DNA of 20,000 nucleotides, from the IMG/VR virus record IMGVR_UViG_3300028835_002692. The stretch is one strand, 5' to 3'. The stretch's first letter is position 1; every line of letters begins with the position of its first letter. The DNA is from an uncultured virus (IMG/VR IMGVR_UViG_3300028835_002692). Lineage: Duplodnaviria > Heunggongvirae > Uroviricota > Caudoviricetes. The translations under genes were made by a program, and so were the position numbers. Below, one piece after another: positions 1 through 6,783 of this stretch. The notes beneath the pieces are model-generated. The model saw nothing but the letters and a program-made list of their open reading frames with translations, had not been told where the DNA came from and searched no databases.

Positions 1-1
1 T

Positions 2-361
2 ATCCTGTTGCAGACCCTCCACTACGCCGATGAGCTGCGAAATGCCGATGAGGTGGCTCCCAAGCTGGTTGATGTAAGCGACAAGGAGCTGGAGATGGGG
101 ATTACTCTCCTGCAGACCCTCCAGACACCTACCGCAAACCTTGACCAGTACCAGGATGAGTACCGCAACACCCTCCTGAAGGTCATCGAGGCGAAGCTGA
201 ACGGAGTAACCCTGACGGTAGAGACTCCCCAAGAAGAGCCGAAGATGGATTTGGTTGATGCGCTCATGGCCTCCATCAACCAGTCACAGCAGGCCAAGGC
301 TGAGGCCACAGGCTCGCTAACCGAGAGGATAGAGGAAATTAAGACGGCGGAGGTGAGCTAG
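2..361 (+). CDS. ku: Ku (NHEJ DNA end-binding protein), C-terminal part, 5'-truncated by window
   Basis: Frame is open from position 2. ILLQTLHYADELR...ELEMGITLL...YQDEYRNTLLKVIEAKLNG...DLVDALMASI matches the bacterial Ku core C-terminus. Stop TAG overlaps the GTG of the ligase. Confidence 0.9.
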   Translation: MLLQTLHYADELRNADEVAPKLVDVSDKELEMGITLLQTLQTPTANLDQYQDEYRNTLLKVIEAKLNGVTLTVETPQEEPKMDLVDALMASINQSQQAKAEATGSLTERIEEIKTAEVS

Positions 362-1608
362 TGAACTCCGTCAATCCCATGCTTGCTCAGACGGGGGAAG
401 AGCCGTTTGACAGTCCCGACTACATCTACGACCTGAAGTATAACGGGATGCGGATTGTCGGCCATAAGGACGGTGGTTCAGCCCTCCTTCAAGGGAGAAG
501 TGGGCTGGACTACACCGCCCCGTTCCCAGAGCTGGCTGGTCTGGTCGAGAACATCAAGTCCGAGAGGGCAAGCGTAGACGGGGAAGTGGTTTGTCTGGGA
601 GCCGATGGGCTTCCCGACTTCAACGCTCTCCAGAACCGCTACAATCAGACTGACCCGCTGGCTATCAAGGCTCTGATGGCTCGATTTCCTGCCATCTATC
701 AGGTCTTTGATGTTGCCCGAGTGGACGACTATGACCTGACGGCCGGCGGAGGAGCCCAGGCCAAACTGATGCAACGGCGGGAGATCCTGGAGAAAATCCT
801 GATTCCCGATGAAAGGGTCAGGCTGGCTCCGTATGTGGACGGCAACGGTATCGCCCTGTTTGAGCAGGTGAAGAAAATCGACGAGAAGGCTGGGAGGCAG
901 GTCTTTGATGGAGTCATGGCCAAGACAAAAAGTGGCCTGTACTATCCCGGAGGCCGGGGCAAAGACTGGCAGAAGTTCAAGATTCCGAAGTATGCCAACT
1001 ACGTTATCTGTGGCTTTACCTTCGGGACTGGCTGGCGGGAGGACTTGATGGGTGCTGTCGTACTTGGAAAGCCCGAAAACGGGCAGCTCCGCTGGGTGGG
1101 GTGCGCTGGTTCTGGTTTCCAGTATCAGCAACTCGCTGACCTCTATGCAACCCTGCTTAGGCTGCGGACAGACGATAGCCCCTTCGCTAATGGCACGAAA
1201 GTCCCCAAGCTGGACTCTTGGGTGAAGCCTGTCCTGGTGTGCTACGTCAAATACTACGACATCTCCAAGACTGGCCAGCTCATCCAGCCTATCTTCCAGC
1301 ACCTGCAACCAATGTTTACACCGGAGGAGAGCAAGTCCAATCCCAGCGTAAGCCATACGGTGAACGTTGACCAGTTTGGGGAACTCTCCTGCACCTGCCC
1401 TGGCTGGTGTAAGCGTCCACCGCCTCGGTCATGCACCCATACCCTGCAAGAGGAGGAGAAGAGACGCCTGGGACAGGGCTACTGGTCGGGTGACCCAGTG
1501 GAAGCGATGGTGGCCACCGCTGAACCCGTGGTTCAGGCTGGCGAGAGAGAGAAAGGTGGCTCCCTGACTGACCTATTCAGGAAGCTGGGCGAGGACGGGT
1601 TGAAATGA
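361..1608 (+). CDS. ATP-dependent DNA ligase (LigD/LigC-type ligase module, NTase+OB) with C-terminal SWIM zinc finger
   Basis: PMLA; motif I YDLKYNGMR; III VDGEVV; IIIa YQVFDV; IV DGVMAK; YYPGGRGKDWQKFK; OB fold (VICGFT, GCAGSGF, WVKPVLV). Tail SCTCPGW...SCTH fits SWIM CxC...CxH. No POL or PE domain. Adjacent to Ku. Confidence 0.9.
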   Translation: MNSVNPMLAQTGEEPFDSPDYIYDLKYNGMRIVGHKDGGSALLQGRSGLDYTAPFPELAGLVENIKSERASVDGEVVCLGADGLPDFNALQNRYNQTDPLAIKALMARFPAIYQVFDVARVDDYDLTAGGGAQAKLMQRREILEKILIPDERVRLAPYVDGNGIALFEQVKKIDEKAGRQVFDGVMAKTKSGLYYPGGRGKDWQKFKIPKYANYVICGFTFGTGWREDLMGAVVLGKPENGQLRWVGCAGSGFQYQQLADLYATLLRLRTDDSPFANGTKVPKLDSWVKPVLVCYVKYYDISKTGQLIQPIFQHLQPMFTPEESKSNPSVSHTVNVDQFGELSCTCPGWCKRPPPRSCTHTLQEEEKRRLGQGYWSGDPVEAMVATAEPVVQAGEREKGGSLTDLFRKLGEDGLK

Positions 1609-1880
1609 TACGGAAAGAAATCATCATAGCAAACAAGGTGTTCGACCTGGGCCTCAAAGGGCTAGAGGATGCCACCAAGTCCTGTCGACTAGTCGGTCAG
1701 GAGATGGAGCTTGAGGTCGCTGGCCGGATTTTCCAGTTGGGCGTTCTCAGGCCGGATAAGGCGCTCGTCTTCCATGAAGTCGGGCAGACTATCCTGAGAA
1801 ATATCGTCTTCCATCGCTTCGTGGCACTGGGACTATGGTGGCCACCAGTCAAGGTTCTGAGTTGCTTTAGTTACTCTTAA
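1605..1880 (+). CDS. hypothetical protein
   Basis: ATGA overlap with ligase stop; fills the gap in the operon. Confidence 0.6.
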   Translation: MIRKEIIIANKVFDLGLKGLEDATKSCRLVGQEMELEVAGRIFQLGVLRPDKALVFHEVGQTILRNIVFHRFVALGLWWPPVKVLSCFSYS

Positions 1881-1897
1881 GGAGAAAGGAGGCTGCT

Positions 1898-2170
1898 ATG
1901 AAGATTAGGAGAAATAGCAAGGAGCTCCCGGAGATATTCGCTAGAGCCAAGAACATCAGGGTGTACTCCCTCGATAACTGCTTCGTGGGGAAGCTGCTGG
2001 CTGAAGACCCGATTGACCCTGAAGCCTGGCCGAAGGAAGTCAAGCATACCACACAGCAGGACTACCTGGCCAAAACCTTCAGGGGGACTAGCTTCGCTGA
2101 GCTTACCCGCAACACCGGGACTTTTACCCTGCGCATCCACTCGAATCTCTGGTATGAGTTTGAAAACTGA
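1898..2170 (+). CDS. hypothetical protein
   Basis: Strong RBS AAAGGAGG upstream of ATG. Confidence 0.75.
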   Translation: MKIRRNSKELPEIFARAKNIRVYSLDNCFVGKLLAEDPIDPEAWPKEVKHTTQQDYLAKTFRGTSFAELTRNTGTFTLRIHSNLWYEFEN

Positions 2171-2188
2171 ATAGAAAGGGGGTGGAGG

Positions 2189-2431
2189 TTGGTGAAACTA
2201 TGGAGGAACATAGTCAATACTTACAGGGCGGCTTTAGGCATGGGTAAGCAGGACAAGGTGTTCTACTCGCTTTGTGAGGATGACATCCTGGAAGTGGCCA
2301 ATGCCCTGGGCGTGGAGCTGACGCCTGATGAGATGACCAGGGCGAAATCTACGGTCGCGGACAGCGTCGGTGGACACTGGTGGGACGTAACCGAGGATGT
2401 CATAGGCGATATTCTGAGAGAAAGGAGGTGA
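2189..2431 (+). CDS. hypothetical protein
   Basis: G-rich RBS; start at TTG 2189 or GTG 2192; co-oriented. Confidence 0.7.
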   Translation: MVKLWRNIVNTYRAALGMGKQDKVFYSLCEDDILEVANALGVELTPDEMTRAKSTVADSVGGHWWDVTEDVIGDILRERR

Positions 2432-2435
2432 ACCG

Positions 2436-2645
2436 ATGTCAGAAGTAAAGGTGACCATTGACGGTGAGGAGGTTACCCTGGAACAGAACGGTAAATCGAG
2501 GAACGGGACATACGAGAAGTACAAGGAGCCGGAGCCATACGCTAGCGCGGGACCTGGCCAAAGTCCCCTCATCGTTACCGTCTATCGTAAGCCAGGGTGG
2601 AAGCCTTCTCAGGATGTCGGCCATGGTGACGCCGCCGACTCCTAA
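2436..2645 (+). CDS. hypothetical protein
   Basis: RBS AAAGGAGGTG just upstream of ATG. Confidence 0.7.
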   Translation: MSEVKVTIDGEEVTLEQNGKSRNGTYEKYKEPEPYASAGPGQSPLIVTVYRKPGWKPSQDVGHGDAADS

Positions 2646-2662
2646 GTAAGCTGTCGACGCCG

Positions 2663-2746
2663 GGCCCACGAATTATCGTTGGTATTCAACGGGAAAACCG
2701 TTGGGAAACAGTGGTTCGTGGGCCTCCGTGGGCATATTACTGCCCA
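2663..2746 (+). other. Intergenic long stem-loop plus second hairpin (candidate structured RNA)
   Basis: GGCCCACGAA 2663-2672 pairs with TTCGTGGGCC 2715-2724 and continues inward through G-U pairs to CAACGG/CCGTTG (loop GAAAA). Second hairpin TGGGCA-TATTAC-TGCCCA at 2729-2746. Confidence 0.55.
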
Positions 2747-2766
2747 AATCTATATAAGGAGGCAAT

Positions 2767-2946
2767 ATGAAGATTTGTGAGTATGAAAAGGTCACATGTC
2801 CTTATTGTCAAGAGGAAGACGAGCTGCAGGATGTCGGGAATGTAACGCTAAACAAGCCCAGTATTCCTTCTGCCAGCTTAGGACCCTGGCACTTCATTAC
2901 CTGTAAGGCTTGTGGCGGAGATTTCTGTATACCCTGTGCAGACTAA
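2767..2946 (+). CDS. small Zn-ribbon protein (59 aa, missing from ORF track)
   Basis: RBS TAAGGAGG then ATG 2767. Manual translation MKICEYEKVTCPYCQEEDELQ...HFITCKACGGDFCIPCAD* has two CxxC pairs. Confidence 0.75.
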   Translation: MKICEYEKVTCPYCQEEDELQDVGNVTLNKPSIPSASLGPWHFITCKACGGDFCIPCAD

Positions 2947-2965
2947 AAGGAAAGGAGGTGCTGTC

Positions 2966-3928
2966 ATGACAGGACAGACAGTGACGGCCAGCGTCAAGGT
3001 CGATGGTGATAAGCTGGCCGAAGCAATCAGAAGGGTAACTCCCTTCATGGCCGATGAGAGCCCACCCAGCTTGGCGTGCGTTTACGCCGAGTCCCAGGGT
3101 GGCGTTCTCCAGCTCACGACAACGGACGGGTACCGGATGGCTCACCTGACCGTGCCTCTGCCCTTCCCAGATGGTAACTATCTGATGAAAGGGGCGGGAG
3201 TCAAGGACTTCTCCACACGCCACTATAACGGCGCCGAGGTGACGGTCCAGGTCGGTGAGGGCGACAAGCTGGGGTTCATCGAGATAGGCGAGGTCACCGT
3301 AGGGCTCGAGACCAGCCCATACATCAACTATCCAGCCGCCGTCCCGGAGAGCTTTGACCTGGAGGCCATCATCGACACCAAGGCTTGGATAAAGCCCATT
3401 CGCCAGAACAAGTCCGAAGTGGTTGGTGTGGTCTACTCGTCTGCCGGCTGCCGAATTTACCTCCAGAACAGGGAGGGGGAAACGGTTGCCTGCGAGTCCC
3501 TACCGGTGCAGATGTTCTCCGGCCCGGACAAGAAGGTGGCCTACCATGCCGAACGTTTCAGGAGAGCCCTGACCAGCTGCGGTCCCAGCGCCACTATCCA
3601 GGTGGGCGACCCAGCTAAGGCTACTCTCTTTGAGGCCGAGGATTACTGGCACATCCTGACACCCTGGCAGGTCTTCCCCCGCGAGGTTAGCCTATCAAAC
3701 TCCGAGCGAGAGGCTATCAAGTGGGCCGAGGAAGCCCTAGAAGCTGTGCGCAAAGGAGAAGTCGCGGGCATTGTCCTCATCGGGGGCGGGAAATTCTACC
3801 TTGAGCTGCGACCCGGGCTGACCCAGACTCAGGTTCAAGTGCGTGAGCCGAAGCTAGCTGAGGAGCCTACAGCCGCCCCAGCTGAAGAGCCTGAACCAGA
3901 GGTGGAAGAAAGCACAAAGGAGGAATAG
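2966..3928 (+). CDS. DNA polymerase III beta (sliding clamp)-like protein, two clamp domains plus extra C-terminal region
   Basis: RBS AAAGGAGGTG before ATG 2966. LAEAIRRVTPFMADE...LQLTTTDGYRMA resembles the DnaN central domain (vaTDGhRLa); YINYPAAVP resembles the yPdy..viP linker; acidic tail. Confidence 0.75.
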   Translation: MTGQTVTASVKVDGDKLAEAIRRVTPFMADESPPSLACVYAESQGGVLQLTTTDGYRMAHLTVPLPFPDGNYLMKGAGVKDFSTRHYNGAEVTVQVGEGDKLGFIEIGEVTVGLETSPYINYPAAVPESFDLEAIIDTKAWIKPIRQNKSEVVGVVYSSAGCRIYLQNREGETVACESLPVQMFSGPDKKVAYHAERFRRALTSCGPSATIQVGDPAKATLFEAEDYWHILTPWQVFPREVSLSNSEREAIKWAEEALEAVRKGEVAGIVLIGGGKFYLELRPGLTQTQVQVREPKLAEEPTAAPAEEPEPEVEESTKEE

Positions 3929-3930
3929 CC

Positions 3931-4455
3931 ATGGGAAACACCACAGAAGGAGACCTCAGTGAGCTCGGTCTCCCACTCATGTATCAGAAACGGCTGAATC
4001 GAAACGGCATCACGACCATAAAGGAGCTCTGTGAGAAGTCTGAGCGGGACTTGTATTTCCTGCGGAACGTAGGTCACAAGTGCATCGAGGCGGTCAAGGA
4101 AGCCCTGGCAGCGAGGGGACTTTCCATATCGTCACCTACGGTAGCGCCGGCTCCTACCTGCATCTGCCCCGGGCGACCTGAGATGGAGCTGGTAGCGGAT
4201 ACCAGGAGGGGAACAATTTATGAGTGCGCAACCTGCAGTAGGCTCCTCTACCAGTCAAAGGTGGAACCTGTACAGACGTGGTATCGGCCTGAGATAACTT
4301 TTGGCGACCTACGGCTTGAAGTGTCTCAGAGGCACTGTAGCGCCTGTGACGGCCTTCAACTCCATGTCAGGGTAGAAGGGGGCTTGTGGCGGTGTCTCGC
4401 CTGTAGTTTAGTGGGTCGGGGCGATTTTAGCCAGAAATCACCAACAGGGTCTTGA
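3931..4455 (+). CDS. RNA polymerase alpha-CTD-like domain fused to Zn ribbons
   Basis: LSELGLP...RLNRNGITTIKELCEKSERDLYFLRNVGHKCIEAVKEALAARGL fits the alpha-CTD pattern. Followed by CICP/CATC and CSAC/CLAC. Confidence 0.85.
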   Translation: MGNTTEGDLSELGLPLMYQKRLNRNGITTIKELCEKSERDLYFLRNVGHKCIEAVKEALAARGLSISSPTVAPAPTCICPGRPEMELVADTRRGTIYECATCSRLLYQSKVEPVQTWYRPEITFGDLRLEVSQRHCSACDGLQLHVRVEGGLWRCLACSLVGRGDFSQKSPTGS

Positions 4456-4482
4456 CAATGCCTAGAGGCAATATAGTATAAT
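4452..4482 (+). promoter_or_regulatory. sigma70-type promoter with 19-bp spacer containing a dyad
   Basis: TTGACA 4452-4457 and TATAAT 4477-4482 are both perfect consensus. TGCCT-AG-AGGCA at 4459-4470 lies in the spacer. Confidence 0.7.
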
Positions 4483-4489
4483 GGTAAAA

Positions 4490-4573
4490 CCGACGGGGTC
4501 GGGCTGGTGGCACAGCGTTGTAGCTGGCAGAGCGGCTGGATACACCTTGGCGTTTAACCAGCCCGCCCGTCGG
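4490..4573 (+). promoter_or_regulatory. Structured 5' leader / candidate cis-regulatory RNA
   Basis: CCGACGGG 4490-4497 pairs with CCCGTCGG 4566-4573, and CGGGCTGGT 4500-4508 pairs with ACCAGCCCG 4557-4565 (17 bp, 2-nt bulge). Starts at the predicted TSS and abuts RBS GGGAGG. Confidence 0.6.
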
Positions 4574-4585
4574 GAGGGATAAGAA

Positions 4586-5227
4586 ATGACAACGGAAAAT
4601 CAACCACCGGATATCATCATGTGGGTCGGGACGAAGTTCTATCCAACTAAGGACTCCTACATCAAGGAGTCTTTCAACCTGGGATGTGCCAAGAGAGTCC
4701 CGAAGCTACCGAGTGAAATTGTGCCTGGAAAGTCCCGGTGCTTTCTCGCCCACGACGAGGGAAAGAAAGGGCAGGGTGTCATCTTCGGCTTCTTCGTCAT
4801 CTCCGGCGTCGATGTCATCCTTGATGAAGAGGAAAAGATCAGGAAATACCAGCAGGAGTACGAGGGTCTTAACGTCCAGCCGATTTCATCGGCCCAGGCG
4901 AGAGCTGAACCCCGCCGGCTCTGTGGCGAGCGAGTCTATGGAGCCAGCTACATCGTCTCCGAGAACGACATGTCCAAGGTGTTCGAGGCAGCTCTCCCGC
5001 TAGCGGAGAAGGCAGACATCCAGGGCTCCATGGTCGTCCTTTTGCACCCGATACCTTACCCCAGGATGCGATTCCGCAACTGGCGCTACATGGAGCCTGA
5101 GTTCCTGGCGAAGTACGACTGGCCACAGAGGTCGCTGCCGGTCACCAGGACGGTTAAAATTGAGCACAAGGAAAAGAAGCAGGTCGCCGTTGAGGACCTG
5201 CCCCTCTTTTCAGGAGATAAGAATTGA
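4586..5227 (+). CDS. hypothetical protein (virus-type, WVG..FY...KRVP...FLAH motif)
   Basis: RBS GGGAGG; 213 aa globular-looking ORF; first gene after the promoter. Confidence 0.8.
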   Translation: MTTENQPPDIIMWVGTKFYPTKDSYIKESFNLGCAKRVPKLPSEIVPGKSRCFLAHDEGKKGQGVIFGFFVISGVDVILDEEEKIRKYQQEYEGLNVQPISSAQARAEPRRLCGERVYGASYIVSENDMSKVFEAALPLAEKADIQGSMVVLLHPIPYPRMRFRNWRYMEPEFLAKYDWPQRSLPVTRTVKIEHKEKKQVAVEDLPLFSGDKN

Positions 5228-5451
5228 GCCAGAAGGGCAGAAGCGGTAGCCGGCGGAAGTGCGACACAGCGAAACACAAGAAGCGCCGACACCAGGAGCT
5301 GGACAACAGGGCCTACAAAGACCAGCAGCGGATAATGACCGAATGGGAGTTCGCACAGAGGCTACCCGATATCCATGTTCCCGAGGTGAAAAATGAGGAA
5401 GAAAGTTGGAGTACTGGCATTAGCCCTGGTCGCTCTTCAGGTAGCGGATAG
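5224..5451 (+). CDS. small basic hypothetical protein
   Basis: TTGA overlap with upstream stop; AGGAG RBS; K/R-rich N-terminus. Confidence 0.5.
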   Translation: MSQKGRSGSRRKCDTAKHKKRRHQELDNRAYKDQQRIMTEWEFAQRLPDIHVPEVKNEEESWSTGISPGRSSGSG

Positions 5452-5707
5452 CTCCCTGACGATGTGGGCGACCAGCCATGGCTACACGGAGGTCAACCCC
5501 TTTATGGCGCCCATCGCCCATACCTGGTGGATGGCTGCCGTCAAAGTATTGCCAACGGCGCTGGTGGGATGGCTGGCTTTCTGGGCGGTGGGACGCTTCC
5601 CTAAGACCTGGAGAGTAGCACCCAAGGTCGTGGTCTTCGGGCTGGGAGCTGCTTGCGCTTTCCTGGGTATCGTGCTGGCTTCTAATCTTGGGGAGTTGAT
5701 TAACTGA
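5393..5707 (+). CDS. small membrane protein, DUF5658-like
   Basis: Three hydrophobic segments; D..LT....G..E.NP.M pattern (ADSSLTMWATSHGYTEVNPFM); RBS GAGGTG. Confidence 0.75.
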   Translation: MRKKVGVLALALVALQVADSSLTMWATSHGYTEVNPFMAPIAHTWWMAAVKVLPTALVGWLAFWAVGRFPKTWRVAPKVVVFGLGAACAFLGIVLASNLGELIN

Positions 5708-5708
5708 T

Positions 5709-5924
5709 ATGGTAGAAGAGATGAAGAAACGGGCTGCCTACGCTCAAGCGGTTATCGCTGCCGGAGACCGACACCGAAAAGAGATGGATGCAGCCAATAA
5801 GGACTGCAAGGAAGAGATGGATAAAGCCAGTGAGCGATTCCGGGAAAGGATGCATCACTCTTTTCATATCTACGATGAAGAGCTTAAGGCGGCAGCGATT
5901 CAATACGAGAGAGAGGACAAGTGA
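5709..5924 (+). CDS. hypothetical coiled-coil protein
   Basis: RBS GGGGAG; charged helical sequence. Confidence 0.65.
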   Translation: MVEEMKKRAAYAQAVIAAGDRHRKEMDAANKDCKEEMDKASERFRERMHHSFHIYDEELKAAAIQYEREDK

Positions 5925-5925
5925 A

Positions 5926-6597
5926 ATGGTAGAGCAAGAGAGCTACACATGCCCAAAGTGTGGAAAGACCAGCTACCACCCGGAAGACGTGAAGCACGAG
6001 TACTGTGGTAACTGCCATCAGACCAGAATGGAGCTGGAGATGGAGACCATGGAACTGAAAAGGGCGCCAGGGACGTGCTGCCCAGAGCCGGAGTGCGATA
6101 AGTTCTCCTGCGTGGGGTGCGAATATCTGGGTCTCTGCCTGGGAGATCCCCAAAAGGTGGACTATTGCCCGCGTCCCAGAACCTGCCCGAGCTGCGGTGC
6201 CGACTGTACGAAGTGTGAGCTGTGGTTAGCTCCCGTCTACCATTGGGACTTCAGCAAGATGACGGAGGGCCAGGCTCTCTACTCGCTCGGTGCGAGGGCG
6301 ACTGAGAAGGACGGCAAGAAGGGGCTAAACATGCCCATCCCAGGCAAGCCCGGAGAGACCATCTTTATCGAGGCTTCCGATGAGAAGCCTGGCGCCATCG
6401 TTGCCAGCGACCGCAAGAAAGATAGGCTGAAGGGAGCCAAAAAGACCAGGTGTGCCGACTGCCGGCACAAGGTATGGATATCGCCATCGACCCAGGAGAT
6501 GCTCAAGCGTTATCCTGGGACACCGGTGATATGTATAGCCTGCTTCGTGAAGCGGGCAGAGGAAGAAAAGAAACAGGAGAAGGAGGCCAAACCATGA
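5926..6597 (+). CDS. Cys-rich multi-zinc-finger protein
   Basis: Start re-called to ATG 5926 after GAGAGG and the upstream stop. Contains CPKC/CGNC, CCPEPEC/CVGC, CPSC/CTKC, CADC/CIAC. Stop overlaps Ubl start (ATGA). Confidence 0.8.
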   Translation: MVEQESYTCPKCGKTSYHPEDVKHEYCGNCHQTRMELEMETMELKRAPGTCCPEPECDKFSCVGCEYLGLCLGDPQKVDYCPRPRTCPSCGADCTKCELWLAPVYHWDFSKMTEGQALYSLGARATEKDGKKGLNMPIPGKPGETIFIEASDEKPGAIVASDRKKDRLKGAKKTRCADCRHKVWISPSTQEMLKRYPGTPVICIACFVKRAEEEKKQEKEAKP

Positions 6598-6779
6598 GAG
6601 TCTTTGTCTACGATGGTCGAGAATTCCCAGACCCAGACCCGAAGCTAAAGGTCGACGAGGTCCGGCAGCACTTTGCTACCTTCTTCCCAGAGCTCAGTAA
6701 CGCTGAGTCGAAGGAGAGCAAGCGTGGTGAGGACACCATCATCGAGTTCAAGAAGCGGGTCGGCACCAAGGGAAGCTAA
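6594..6779 (+). CDS. Prokaryotic ubiquitin-like protein (PRTRC system protein C / Prok_Ub family)
   Basis: RBS AAGGAGG, ATG 6594. MRVFVYDGREFPDPDPKLKVDEVRQHFATFFPELSNA...IEFKKRVGTKGS* is the characteristic PRTRC-C pattern ending in GTKG. Confidence 0.92.
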   Translation: MRVFVYDGREFPDPDPKLKVDEVRQHFATFFPELSNAESKESKRGEDTIIEFKKRVGTKGS

Positions 6780-6783
6780 AGCG

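Noticed and set aside
478..1356. 292-aa minus-strand ORF, and the other minus-strand ORFs in the track
   Set aside because: Antisense shadows of well-supported + strand genes; no recognisable motifs.
4490..4573. tRNA or intrinsic terminator interpretation of the hairpins (also 2663 and 12549)
   Set aside because: No T-loop GTTCRA, D-loop or CCA pattern in a cloverleaf, and no U-tract after the stems.
5788..5925. Upstream extension of the Cys-rich ORF
   Set aside because: Overlaps 5709-5924; ATG 5926 has an RBS and follows the upstream stop.
6450..6593. N-terminal extension of the Ubl ORF (109-aa call)
   Set aside because: Overlaps the Zn-finger gene; the strong RBS and family pattern start at 6594.
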